Positions 1-15,000 of a stretch of 64,000 nucleotides of DNA are shown here, one piece after another; within the stretch, counting starts at the first letter, position 1, and the number at the start of each line of letters is the position of its first letter. This DNA is from the human T2T-CHM13v2.0 reference genome, Homo sapiens, in the NCBI RefSeq assembly GCF_009914755.1, contig NC_060940.1. One strand, written 5' to 3'. The translations under genes were made by a program, and so were the position numbers. The notes under the pieces are model-generated. The model was not told the DNA's origin, ran no database searches, and saw only the letters and a list, made by a program, of their open reading frames with translations.

Positions 1-38
1 ATGATGATTCCATTCGAGTCCATTCGATGATTCCATTA

Positions 39-3000
39 GAGTACATTTAATGATTGCTTTGTTTTCAATTCGAAGATGATTGCATTGGATTCCATTCTAT
101 GATACCATTCGATTCCATTCAATGATGATTCCACTCAAATCCATTGGATGATTCCATTCGTGTCCATTCGGTGATTTCATTAGATTCCATTCGAGGATGA
201 TTCCATTCGATTCCATTCGATGATTCCATTCAATTCCATTCGATGATGATTCCATTCCAGTCCATATGATCATTCCATTTGATTTCATTCGATGATGATT
301 CCATTCGATTCCTTTCGACGATTCCATTCTATTCCATTCGATGATGATTCCATTCGAGTCCATTCGATGATTCCATTCGAGTCCATTTAATGATTCCATT
401 GGGTTCAATTCAATGATGATTACATTGGATTCCATTCTCTGATTCCATTCAATTCCGTTCAATGACAATTTGATTCCATTCGATGATGATTCCATTTGAG
501 TTCATTCGATGATTCTATTCGATTCTCTTCGATGGTGATTCAATTCTATTATATTGGATGATTCCATTCGATTCCATTTGATGTTGATTCAATTCGATTC
601 TATTCGATGATGATTCCATTGGATTTCACTTGATGATTCTATTCGATTCCATTCAATGATGATTCACTTCTCGTCCATTGGATGATTCCATTTCATTCCA
701 TTCGATGATGATTCCATTCGATTCCATTCGATGATTCCATTTGATTCCATGCGACGGTGAGCAATTCGATTCAATTCCATGATGATTCTATTTGATTCAA
801 TTAGATGATGTTTCCATTCGAATCCATTCCATGATTATTCCATTGGAATCCATTCGGCGATGATTCCATATGAGTCAATTCAATGATGATTCCATATGGG
901 TCCGTTCGATGATAATTCCATTTGATTTCATTCGATGCTTCTATTCTATTCCAGTCGATGATGATTCCGTTGGAGTCCATACGATGATTCCATTTGATTT
1001 CATTTGATGATGATTCCATTCGATGATGATTACATTGGATTCCATTCTATGATTCCATTCAATTCCATTCGTTGATGATTCGATTCCATTCAATGATGAT
1101 TCCATTTGAGTTCATTCGATGATTCTACTCGATTCCGTTCGATGGTGATTCAATTCTATTATATTGGATGATTCCACTCGATTCCATTTGATGATTATTG
1201 CATTGGAGTCCATTTAGTGAATCCTTTAGATTCTATTCGACGATGATTCCATTCGAGTCCATTCGATGATACCATTCAATTCCATTCGTTGATGCTTCCA
1301 TTCAAGTGCATTCGATGATATCATTCGATTCCATTTGATGATAATTCCATTTGATTCCATGCGATGATTCTATTCGATTCCATTCAATGATAATTCCATT
1401 CAATTCAGTGATTCCTCTGGACTCCATTTGATGATGATTCCATTCAATGATTCCATTCGATTCTATTCGAAAATGATTCCATTTGAATCCATTTGATGAT
1501 GATTCCATTAGATTCCATTTGATGATTCCATTCGATTCCATTCGACGATGATTCCATTCGATTCCGTTTGATGATTCCATTCTATTCTATTCGATGATGA
1601 TTCCATTCGATTCCATTCGATGATGATTGGATTCGATTCCATTTGATGATTTCATTTGATTCCATTCGTTAATGATTTCGATCAATTCCATTCGATGATT
1701 CCATTCGATAATGATTACATCCGAGTCCATTCGATGATTCCCTTTGAGCCTGTTCGATAATTCCATTTGAGTCCAACCAATGATTCCATTCATTTCCATT
1801 CAATGATTCCATTCGAGTCCATTTGATCATTCCGGTAGGGTCCATTCGATGTTGATTCCATTGGAGTGCATTCGATGATTCCATTCGAGTCCATTTTAGG
1901 ATTTGATTCGAGTCCTTTCGATGATTCCATTCGATTCCACTCGATGATGATTTCATTCGAGTCCATTCGACACTTCCAATCGATTCCATTTGATGATTCC
2001 ATTCGAGTCCAATTGATGATTCCATTCAATTCCATTCGATGATGATTCCGTACGATTCCATTCTGTGATGATTCCATGTGATTGCATTCAATGATGATTC
2101 CTTTCGATTGCATTCGATTATGATTCATTTCGTGTTCATTCTATGGTTCCACAGGTTTCCATTCGTGTCCATTCCATTATTCCATTCTATTCCATTTGAT
2201 GATGATTCCATTCGATTCCATTCATTGGTGATTCCACTCAATTCCATTCAATGATTCCATTCCATTTCTTTCAACAATGATTCCATTAGTTTCTAATCGA
2301 TGATCCACTTGATTCCATTTGACGACGATTCCATTCTTGTCCATTTGATGATTCCATTTGATTCCATATGATGATGATTCCATTCGATTCCATACCATGA
2401 TGATTCCATTCGAGTCCATTCAATGGTGATTCCATTCAATTCCATTCGATGATTCCTTTCGATTCCATTCAATGATGATGGCATTCGATTCCTTTTAATC
2501 ATTCCCTTTGATTCCATTCAAAGGTGATTTCATTCAAGTCCATTCGATAATTGCATTCGATTCCATTCTATGATGATTCCATTCGAGTCCATTTGATGAT
2601 TCCATTCAATTCAAGTCAATGATGATTCCATTCAATTCCATTCGATGATTCCATTGGATTCCATTCGATGATGATTCCATTCAAATCCATTCGATAATTC
2701 AATTCAAGTCCATTCGATGATGATTCCAATCGAATCCATTCAAAGATTCCATTCTGTTCCATTCGATGATTCCCTTAGATTCCATTCGATGATTCCACTT
2801 GATTGCATTTACGATGATTCCATTCGATTCCATGTGATGATTCCATTCAATTCTATTCAATGATGTCTCCATTTGATTCCATTCGACCATGATTGCCTTT
2901 GATTCCATTCAATGATTCCATTCGGTTCCGTTTGATGATGATTCCGTTCGATTCCATTTGATGATTCCATTTGATTCCATTGGATGAGTCCATTCGATTA

Positions 3001-6000
3001 CATTCGATGATTATTCCATTCGAGTGCATTAGATGATTCCATTCGAGTCCATTCGATGATTCCATTCGATTCCATTCGATGTTGATTCTGTTCAAATCCA
3101 TTCGATGATTCCACTCGATTCCATTCGTTGACTCCATTTGATCCCATTCGATGATTTCCTTTGATTCCCTTTGATGATCATTCCATTTGATTCAATTCGG
3201 TGATTTCATTTGATTCCATTCAGTGATGTTTCCATTCGACTCCATTCGATGATGATTCCATTCGACTCCATTCGATTATGATTTCATTCAATTCCATTCG
3301 ATAATGATTCCCTTCGAGTCCATTCGGTGATTCCATTCGATTCCATTCAACTATGATTTGATTCGTGTCCATTCGATGATTCCATTTGATTCCACTTGAT
3401 GATGATTCCATTCGAGTCCATTTGATGATTCCATTCAATTCCATACTCCGATGATTTCTTTTGAGCCCACTCAATGCTTCCACTCGATTCCATATGATGA
3501 TGACTCCATTCGATGAAATTCGATGATGATTCCATTCGCTTGCTTTCGATGATGATTCCACTTGAGTCCGTTAGAAGATTCTATTCAATTACATTCCATG
3601 ACGATTCCGTTCGAGTCCATTTGATGATTCCATTAGACTCCATTCGACGATGATTCCATTCGATGTTATTCGATGATTCCATTCGATCTCATTCGATGAT
3701 GATTCCATTCAACTCCATTCGATGTTTCCATTCGAGTTCATTCTATTATTCCATTAGATTCCATTCGATGATGATTCCATTCGATTCCATTTGATGATTG
3801 CATTCTATTTCATTTGATGATGATTCCATTCGAGTCCACTCGATGATTCCATTCGAGTCCATTTAATGAATCCATTGGTTTCAATTCTATGATGATTACA
3901 TTGGATTCCATTCGTTGATGATTTCATTCGGTTCCATTCAATGATGATTCCATTCAATTCCTTTCAATGTTTCCATTCAATTCCATACGATGATGATTCC
4001 ATTTGATTTGATTCGACAGTGAGCCATTCGATTCAATTCCATGATGATTCTATTTGATTCAATTGGTTGACATTTCCATTCGATTCCATTCGATGATGAT
4101 TCCCTTTGATTCCGTTCAAAGATGATTCCATTCTAGCCCATTCAATCATTCCATTCGATTCTATTCAATGATGATTCCATTCATGTCGATTTGGTGATTC
4201 CATTTGACTTCATTTGATGATGATTCCTTTCAAGTTCATTAGATGATTCCATTCGATTCCATTTGATGATGATCCCATTCGAGTCCATTCAGTGATTCCA
4301 TTCGTTTCCATTCCATGATGATTCCATTCCTTTCCATTCAATGATTCCATTCGATTCCGTTTGATGATGATTTCATTCGAGTCCATTTGATGATTCCATT
4401 TGATTCCATTCGATGATGATTCCATTCGAGTCCATTCGATGATTCTATTCGAATCCATTTGATGATTTCTTTTGATTATATTTGGTGATGATTCCATTGG
4501 AGTCCATTCAATGATTCCATTCTATTCCAATCGATGATGATTCCATTAGAGTCCATTTAATGATTCCATTTGATTCCAGTCTCTGATGATTACATTCGAG
4601 TCCATACGATGATTCCACTCAATTCCATATGATGATGATTCCATTTGATTCCATTCGGTGATTCCATTCTATTCTATTCAATGGTGATTCCATTCGAGTA
4701 CATTAGATGATTCCATTCGATTCCATTCAATGATGATTCTATTTGTGTCCCTTAGATGATTCCACATGATTCCATTACATGATGATACTATTTGAGCCCA
4801 TCCAATGATTCCCTTCGATTCCATTCGATGAGGATTCCATTCGATTCAATTCATTGGTGATTCTATTCAATTCAATTCTTTGATTCCATTCCATTCCATT
4901 CGACAATGATTCCATTCGATTTCTTTCGATGATTCCACTCGATTCCACTTGACATTGATTCCATTCGATTCCATTCAATGATTCCATTTGATTCCAGTGG
5001 ATGATGATTGCCATCGATTCCATTCGATCACTCCATTCTATTCCATTTGATGATGATTACATTCGATTCCATTTGATGATTCCATCTGATTCTATTCGAG
5101 GATTCCATTTGATTCCATTCGATGATGATTCCATTCGAGTCCATTCGATGATTTCATTCGAGTACATCCAATGATTCCATTCGAGTCCATTAGATGATTC
5201 CATTTGATTCCATTTGAAAATGATTCTACTAGAGTCCATTCAATGACTCCATTCGAGTCCATTCAACAATTCCATTCGACTCCATTCGATGATTCCATTC
5301 GATTCCATTTGATGGTTCCATTCGAGTCCATTTAATCATTACAGTCGAGTCCATTTGTTGATTCCACTGGATTTCTTTTGATAATGATACCATTCAATTA
5401 CATTTGATGATGATCCCATTCAATTTCATTTGATGATGATTCCATTAGAGTCCATTCGATGATTTCATTCGAGTCCCTTCATTGATTCCATCCGATTTCA
5501 TTGGATGATGACTCCATTCGAGTCCATTCGATGATTCCACTCGATTCCATTAGATGACTCCATTGGAGTCCATTTGATTGTTCCATTCGATTCCATTCGA
5601 TTCCTTTCGAAGATTATTCCATTTGAGTCCATTCGATGATGATTCCATTCCATTCCATTCGATGATTCCGTTTGATTCCATTCGATGATTCCCTTCGATT
5701 CCTTTCTTTGATGATTCCATTCCATTCCATTCAATGATTCCATTCGAATCTATTCCATGATGATTCCTTTCGATTCCATTCGCTGATGTTTCCGTTCAAT
5801 TCCATTCGATGATGATTCCATTCGATTCCATTCATTGAGGATTCCATTTGATTCCATTCAATGATGATTCCATTCTATTCCATTCAATGATTGCATTCAA
5901 TTCCATTCAATGATTATCCCATTAGAGTAAACTCAACGATTCCATTCAATACCATTCAATGATGATTCCTTTTGAGTCCATTCAATGATTTCATTCAAGT

Positions 6001-6068
6001 CCATTTGATGATTCCTTTCAATTCCATTCTATGATGATTCCATTCGAGTCCATTCGATGATTCCATTA
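39..6068 (+). repeat. Unit copy 1 (6,030 bp; 10-bp and 72-bp deletions relative to the 6,112-bp unit)
   Basis: GAGTACATTTAA at 39 and 6069. One CATTCGATTC is missing at ~1700-1710 (compare 7730-7750). The 72 bp at 12101-12172 are missing at ~6060. Confidence 0.9.
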
Positions 6069-9000
6069 GAGTACATTTAATGATTGCTTTGTTTTCAATT
6101 CGAAGATGATTGCATTGGATTCCATTCTATGATACCATTCGATTCCATTCAATGATGATTCCACTCAAATCCATTGGATGATTCCATTCGTGTCCATTCG
6201 GTGATTTCATTAGATTCCATTCGAGGATGATTCCATTCGATTCCATTCGATGATTCCATTCAATTCCATTCGATGATGATTCCATTCCAGTCCATATGAT
6301 CATTCCATTTGATTTCATTCGATGATGATTCCATTCGATTCCATTCGACGATTCCATTCTATTCCATTCGATGATGATTCCATTCGAGTCCATTCGATCA
6401 ATCCATTCGAGTCCATTTAATGATTCCATTGGGTTCAATTCAATGATGATTACATTGGATTCCGTTCTATGATTCCATTCAATTCCGTTCATTGACAATT
6501 TGATTCCATTCGATGATGATTCCATTTGAGTTCATTCGATGATTCTATTCGATTCTCTTCGATGGTGATTCAATTCTATTATATTGGATGATTCCATTCG
6601 ATTCCATTTGATGTTGATTCAATTCGATTCTATTCGATGATGATTCCATTGGATTTCACTTGATGATTCTATTCGATTCCATTCAATGATGATTCACTTC
6701 TCGTCCATTGGATGATTCCATTTCATTCCATTCGATGATGATTCCATTCGATTCCATTCGATGATTCCATTTGATTCCATGCGACGGTGAGCAATTCGAT
6801 TCAATTCCATGATGATTCTATTTGATTCAATTAGATGATGTTTCCATTCGAATCCATTCCATGATTATTCCATTGGAATCCATTCGGCGATGATTCCATA
6901 TGAGTCAATTCAATGATGATTCCATATGGGTCCGTTCGATGATAATTCCATTTGATTTCATTCGATGCTTCTATTCTATTCCAGTCGATGATGATTCCGT
7001 TGGAGTCCATACGATGATTCCATTTGATTTCATTTGATGATGATTCCATTCGATGATGATTACATTGGATTCCATTCTATGATTCCATTCAATTCCATTC
7101 GTTGATGATTCGATTCCCTTCAATGATGATTCCACTTGAGTTCATTCGATGATTCTATTCGATTCCGTTCGATGGAGATTCAATTCTCTTATATTGGATG
7201 ATTCCACTCGATTCCATTTGATGATTATTCCATTGGAGTCCACTTAGTGAATCCTTTAGATTCTACTCGAAGATGATTCCATTCGAGTCCATTCGATGAT
7301 ACCATTCAATTCCATTCGTTGATGCTTCCATTCAAGTGCATTCGATGATATCATTCGATTCCATTTGATGATAATTCCATTTGATTCCATGCGATGATTC
7401 TATTCGATTCCATTCAATGATAATTCCATTCAATTCAGTGATTCCTCTGGACTCCATTTGATGATGATTCCATTCAATGATTCCATTCGATTCTATTCGA
7501 AAATGATTCCATTTGAATCCATTTGATGATGATTCCATTAGATTCCATTTGATGATTCCATTCGATTCCATTCGACGATGATTCCATTCGATTCCGTTTG
7601 ATGATTCCATTCTATTCTATTCGATGATGATTCCATTCGATTCCATTCGATGATGATTGGATTCGATTCCATTTGATGATTTCATTTGATTCCATTCGTT
7701 AATGATTTCGATCAATTCCATTCGATGATTCCATTCGATTCCATTCGATAATGATTACATCCGAGTCCATTCGATGATTCCATTTGAGCCTGTTCGATAA
7801 TTCCATTTGAGTCCAACCAATGATTCCATTCATTTCCATTCAATGATTCCATTCGAGTCCATTTGATCATTCCGGTTGGGTCCATTCGATGTTGATTCCA
7901 TTGGAGTGCATTCGATGATTCCATTCGAGTCCATTTTAGGATTTGATTCGAGTCCTTTCGATGATTCCATTCGATTCCACTCGATGATGATTTCATTCGA
8001 GTCCATTCGACACTTCCAATCGATTCCATTTGATGATTCCATTCGAGTCCAATTGATGATTCCATTCAATTCCATTCGATGATGATTCCGTACGATTCCA
8101 TTCTGTGATGATTCCTTGTGATTGCATTCAATGATGATTCCTTTCGATTGCATTCGATTATGATTCATTTCGTGTTCATTCTATGGTTCCACAGGTTTCC
8201 ATTCGTGTCCATTCCATTATTCCATTCTATTCCATTTGATGATGATTCCATTCGATTCCATTCATTGGTGATTCCACTCAATTCCATTCAATGATTCCAT
8301 TCCATTTCTTTCAACAATGATTCCATTAGTTTCTAATCGATGATCCACTTGATTCCATTTGACGACGATTCCATTCTTGTCCATTCGATGATTCCATTTG
8401 ATTCCATATGATGATGATTCCATTCGATTCCATACCATGATGATTCCATTCGAGTCCATTCAATGGTGATTCCATTCAATTCCATTCGATGATTCCTTTT
8501 GATTCCATTCGATGATGATGGCATTCGATTCCTTTCAATCATTCCCTTTGATTCCATTCAAAGGTGATTTCATTCAAGTCCATTCGATAATTGCATTCGA
8601 TTCCATTCTATGATGATTCCATTCGAGTCCATTTGATGATTCCATTCAATTCAAGTCAATGATGATTCCATTCGATTCCATTCGATGATTCCATTGGATT
8701 CCATTCGATGATGATTCCATTCAAATCCATTCGATAATTCAATTCAAGTCCATTCGATGATGATTCCAATCGAATCCATTCAAAGATTCCATTCAGTTCC
8801 ATTCGATGATTCCCTTAGATTCCATTCGATGATTCCACTTGATTGCATTTACGATGATTCCATTCGATTCCATGTGATGATTCCATTCAATTCTATTCAA
8901 TGATGTCTCCATTTGATTCCATTCGACCATGATTGCCTTTGATTCCATTCAATGATTCCATTCGGTTCCGTTTGATGATGATTCCGTTCGATTCCATTTG

Positions 9001-12000
9001 ATGATTCCATTTGATTCCATTGGATGAGTCCATTCGATTACATTCGATGATTATTCCATTCGAGTGCATTAGATGATTCCATTCGAGTCCATTCGATGAT
9101 TCCATTCGATTCCATTCGATGTTGATTCTGTTCAAATCCATTCGATGATTCCACTCGATTCCATTCGTTGACTCCATTTGATCCCATTCGATGATTTCCT
9201 TTGATTCCCTTTGATGATCATTCCATTTGATTCAATTCGGTGATTTCATTTGATTCCATTCAGTGATGTTTCCATTCGACTCCATTCGATGATGATTCCA
9301 TTCGACTCCATTCGATTATGATTTCATTCAATTCCATTCGATAATGATTCCCTTCGAGTCCATTCGATGATTCCATTCGATTCCATTCAACGATGATTTG
9401 ATTCGTGTCCATTCGATGATTCCATTTGATTCCACTTGATGATGATTCCATTCGAGTCCATTTGATGATTCCATTCAATTCCATACTCCGATGATTTCTT
9501 TTGAGCCCACTCAATGCTTCCACTCGATTCCATATGATGATGACTCCATTCGATGAAATTCGATGATGATTCCATTCGCTTGCTTTCGATGATGATTCCA
9601 CTTGAGTCCGTTAGAAGATTCTATTCAATTACATTCCATGACGATTCCGTTCGAGTCCATTTGATGATTCCATTAGACTCCATTCGACGATGATTCCATT
9701 CGATGTTATTCGATGATTCCATTCGATCTCATTCGATGATGATTCCATTCAACTCCATTCGATGTTTCCATTCGAGTTCATTCTATTATTCCATTAGATT
9801 CAATTCGATGATGATTCCATTCGATTCCATTTGATGATTGCATTCTATTTCATTTGATGATGATTCCATTCGAGTCCACTCGATGATTCCATTCGAGTCC
9901 ATTTAATGAATCCATTGGTTTCAATTCTATGATGATTACATTGGATTCCATTCGTTGATGATTTCATTCGGTTCCATTCAATGATGATTCCATTCAATTC
10001 CTTTCAATGTTTCCATTCAATTCCATACGATGATGATTCCATTTGATTTGATTCGACAGTGAGCCATTCGATTCAATTCCATGATGATTCTATTTGATTC
10101 AATTGGTTGACATTTCCATTCGATTCCATTCGATGATGATTCCCTTTGATTCCGTTCCAAGATGATTCCATTCTAGCCCATTCAATCATTCCATTCGATT
10201 CTATTCAATGATGATTCCATTCATGTCGATTTGGTGATTCCATTTGACTTCATTTGATGATGATTCCTTTCAAGTTCATTAGATGATTCCATTCGATTCC
10301 ATTTGATGATGATCCCATTCGAGTCCATTCAGTGATTCCATTCGTTTCCATTCCATGATGATTCCATTCCTTTCCATTCAATGATTCCATTCGATTCCGT
10401 TTGATGATGATTTCATTCGAGTCCATTTGATGATTCCATTTGATTCCATTCGATGATGATTCCATTCGAGTCCATTCGATGATTCTATTCGAATCCATTT
10501 GATGATTTCTTTTGATTATATTTGGTGATGATTCCATTGGAGTCCATTCAATGATTCCATTCTATTCCAATCGATGATGATTCCATTAGAGTCCATTTAA
10601 TGATTCCATTTGATTCCAGTCTCTGATGATTACATTCGAGTCCATACGATGATTCCACTCAATTCCATATGATGATGATTCCATTTGATTCCATTCGGTG
10701 ATTCCATTCTATTCTATTCAATGGTGATTCCATTCGAGTACATTAGATGATTCCATTCGATTCCATTCAATGATGATTCTATTTGTGTCCCTTAGATGAT
10801 TCCACATGATTCCATTAGATGATGATACTATTTGAGCCCATCCAATGATTCCCTTCGATTCCATTCGATGAGGATTCCATTCGATTCAATTCATTGGTGA
10901 TTCTATTCAATTCAATTCTTTGATTCCATTCCATTCCATTCGACAATGATTCCATTCGATTTCTTTCGATGATTCCACTTGATTCCACTTGACATTGATT
11001 CCATTCGATTCCATTCAATGATTCCATTTGATTCCAGTGGATGATGATTGCCATCGATTCCATTCGATCACTCCATTCTATTCCATTTGATGATGATTAC
11101 ATTCGATTCCATTTGATGATTCCATCTGATTCTATTCGAGGATTCCATTTGATTCCATTCGATGATGATTCCATTCGAGTCCATTCGATGATTTCATTCG
11201 AGTACATCCAATGATTCCATTCGAGTCCATTAGATGATTCCATTTGATTCCATTTGAAAATGATTCTACTAGAGTCCATTCAATGACTCCATTCGAGTCC
11301 ATTCAACAATTCCATTCGACTCCATTCGATGATTCCATTCGATTCCATTTGATGGTTCCATTCGAGTCCATTTAATCATTACAGTCGAGTCCATTTGGTG
11401 ATTCCACTGGATTTCTTTTGATAATGATACCATTCAATTACATTTGATGATGATCCCATTCAATTTCATTTGATGATGATTCCATTAGAGTCCATTCGAT
11501 GATTTCATTCGAGTCCCTTCATTGATTCCATCCGATTTCATTGGATGATGACTCCATTCGAGTCCATTCGATGTTTCCACTCGATTCCATTAGATGACTC
11601 CATTGGAGTCCATTTGATTGTTCCATTCGATTCCATTCGATTCCTTTCAAAGATTATTCCATTTGAGTCCATTCGATGATGATTCCATTCCATTCCATTC
11701 GATGATTCCGTTTGATTCCATTCGATGATTCCCTTCGATTCCTTTCTTTGATGATTCCATTCCATTCCATTCAATGATTCCATTCGAATCTATTCCATGA
11801 TGATTCCTTTCGATTCCATTCGCTGATGTTTCCGTTCAATTCCATTCGATGATGATTCCATTCGATTCCATTCATTGAGGATTCCATTTGATTCCATTCA
11901 ATGATGATTCCATTCTATTCCATTCAATGATTGCATTCAATTCCATTCAATGATTATCCCATTAGAATAAACTCAACGATTCCATTCAATACCATTCGAT

Positions 12001-15000
12001 GATGATTCCTTTTGAGTCCATTCAATGATTTCATTCAAGTCCATTTGATGATTCCTTTCAATTCCATTCTATGATGATTCCATTCGAGTCCATTCGATGA
12101 TTCCATTCGATTGCATTCGATGATTCCATTATATTCCATTCAACGGTGATTCCATTCGAGTCCATTCCATGATTCCATTAGAGTACATTTAATGATTGCT
12201 TTGTTTCCAATTCGAAGATGATTACATTGGATTCCATTCTATGATACCATTCGATTCCATTCAATGATGATTCCACTCAAATCCATTGGATGATTCCATT
12301 CGTGTCCATTCGGTGATTTCATTAGATTCCATTCGAGGATGATTCCATTCGATTCCATTCGATGATTCCATTCAATTCCATTCGATGATGATTCCATTCC
12401 AGTCCATATGATCATTCCATTTGATTTCATTCGATGATGATTCCATTCGATTCGATTCGACGATTCCATTCTATTCCATTCGATGATGATTCCATTCGAG
12501 TCCATTCGATCATTCCATTCGAGTCCATTTAATGATTCCATTGGGTTCAATTCAATGATGATTACATTGGATTCCGTTCTATGATTCCATTCAATTCCGT
12601 TCATTGACAATTTGATTCCATTCGATGATGATTCCATTTGAGTTCATTCGATGATTCTATTCGATTCTCTTCGATGGTGATTCAATTCTATTATATTGGA
12701 TGATTCCATTCGATTCCATTTGATGTTGATTCAATTCGATTCTATTCGATGATGATTCCATTGGATTTCACTTGATGATTCTATTCGATTCCATTCAATG
12801 ATGATTCACTTCTCGTCCATTGGATGATTCCATTTCATTCCATTCGATGATGATTCCATTCGATTCCATTCGATGATTCCATTTGATTCCATGCGACGGT
12901 GAGCAATTCGATTCAATTCCATGATGATTCTATTTGATTCAATTAGATGATGTTTCCATTCGAATCCATTCCATGATTATTCCATTGGAATCCATTTGGC
13001 GATGATTCCATATGAGTCAATTCAATGATGATTCCATATGGGTCCGTTCGATGATAATTCCATTTGATTTCATTCGATGCTTCTATTCTATTCCAGTCGA
13101 TGATGATTCCGTTGGAGTCCATACGATGATTCCATTTGATTTCATTTGATGATGATTCCATTCGATGATGATTACATTGGATTCCATTCTATGATTCCAT
13201 TCAATTCCATTCGTTGATGATTCGATTCCATTCAATGATGATTCCATTTGAGTTCATTCGATGATTCTATTCGATTCCGTTCGATGGTGATTCAATTCTA
13301 TTATATTGGATGATTCCACTCGATTCCATTTGATGATTATTCCATTGGAGTCCACTTAGTGAATCCTTTAGATTCTACTCGACGATGATTCCATTCGAGT
13401 CCATTCGATGATACCATTCAATTCCATTCGTTGATGCTTCCATTCAAGTGCATTCGATGATATCATTCGATTCCATTTGATGATAATTCCATTTGATTCC
13501 ATGCGATGATTCTATTCGATTCCATTCAATGATAATTCCATTCAATTCAGTGATTCCTCTGGACTCCATTTGATGATGATTCCATTCAATGATTCCATTC
13601 GATTCTATTCGAAAATGATTCCATTTGAATCCATTTGATGATGATTCCATTAGATTCCATTTGATGATTCCATTCGATTCCATTCGACGATGATTCCATT
13701 CGATTCCGTTTGATGATTCCATTCTATTCTATTTGATGATGATTCCATTCGATTCCATTCGATGATGATTGGATTCGATTCCATTGGATGATTTCATTTG
13801 ATTCCATTCGTTAATGATTTCGATCAATTCCATTCGATGATTCCATTCGATTCCATTCGATAATGATTACATCCGAGTCCATTCGATGATTCCCTTTGAG
13901 CCTGTTCGATAATTCCATTTGAGTCCAACCAATGATTCCATTCATTTCCATTCAATGATTCCATTCGAGTCCATTTGATCATTCCGGTAGGGTCCATTCG
14001 ATGTTGATTCCATTGGAGTGCATTCGATGATTCCATTCGAGTCCATTTTAGGATTTGATTCGAGTCCTTTCGATGATTCCATTCGATTCCACTCGATGAT
14101 GATTTCATTCGAGTCCATTCGACACTTCCAATCGATTCCATTTGATGATTCCATTCGAGTCCAATTGATGATTCCATTCAATTCCATTCGATGATGATTC
14201 CGTACGATTCCATTCTGTGATGATTCCATGTGATTGCATTCAATGATGATTCCTTTCGATTGCATTCGATTATGATTCATTTCGTGTTCATTCTATGGTT
14301 CCACAGGTTTCCATTCGTGTCCATTCCATTATTCCATTCTATTCCATTTGATGATGATTCCATTCGATTCCATTCATTGGTGATTCCACTCAATTCCATT
14401 CAATGATTCCATTCCATTTCTTTCAACAATGATTCCATTAGTTTCTAATCGATGATCCACTTGATTCCATTTGACGACGATTCCATTCTTGTCCATTCGA
14501 TGATTCCATTTGATTCCATATGATGATGATTCCATTCGATTCCATACCATGATGATTCCATTCGAGTCCATTCAATGGTGATTCCATTCAATTCCATTCG
14601 ATGATTCCTTTTGATTCCATTCGATGATGATGGCATTCGATTCCTTTCAATCATTCCCTTTGATTCCATTCAAAGGTGATTTCATTCAAGTCCATTCGAT
14701 AATTGCATTCGATTCCATTCTATGATGATTCCATTCGAGTCCGTTTGATGATTCCATTCAATTCAAGTCAATGATGATTCCATTCGATTCCATTCGATGA
14801 TTCCATTGGATTCCATTCGATGATGATTCCATTCAAATCCATTCGATAATTCAATTCAAGTCCATTCGATGATGATTCCAATCGAATCCATTCAAAGATT
14901 CCATTCAGTTCCATTCGATGATTCCCTTAGATTCCATTCGATGATTCCACTTGATTGCATTTACGATGATTCCATTCGATTCCATGTGATGATTCCATTC

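Noticed and set aside
2121-2170. Non-canonical island TTCTATGGTTCCACAGGTTTCC as a splice or regulatory element
   Set aside because: It is explicable as a mutated GATGATTCCATTCGATTCC subunit fixed before amplification. There is no independent evidence of function, so it was used only as a landmark.
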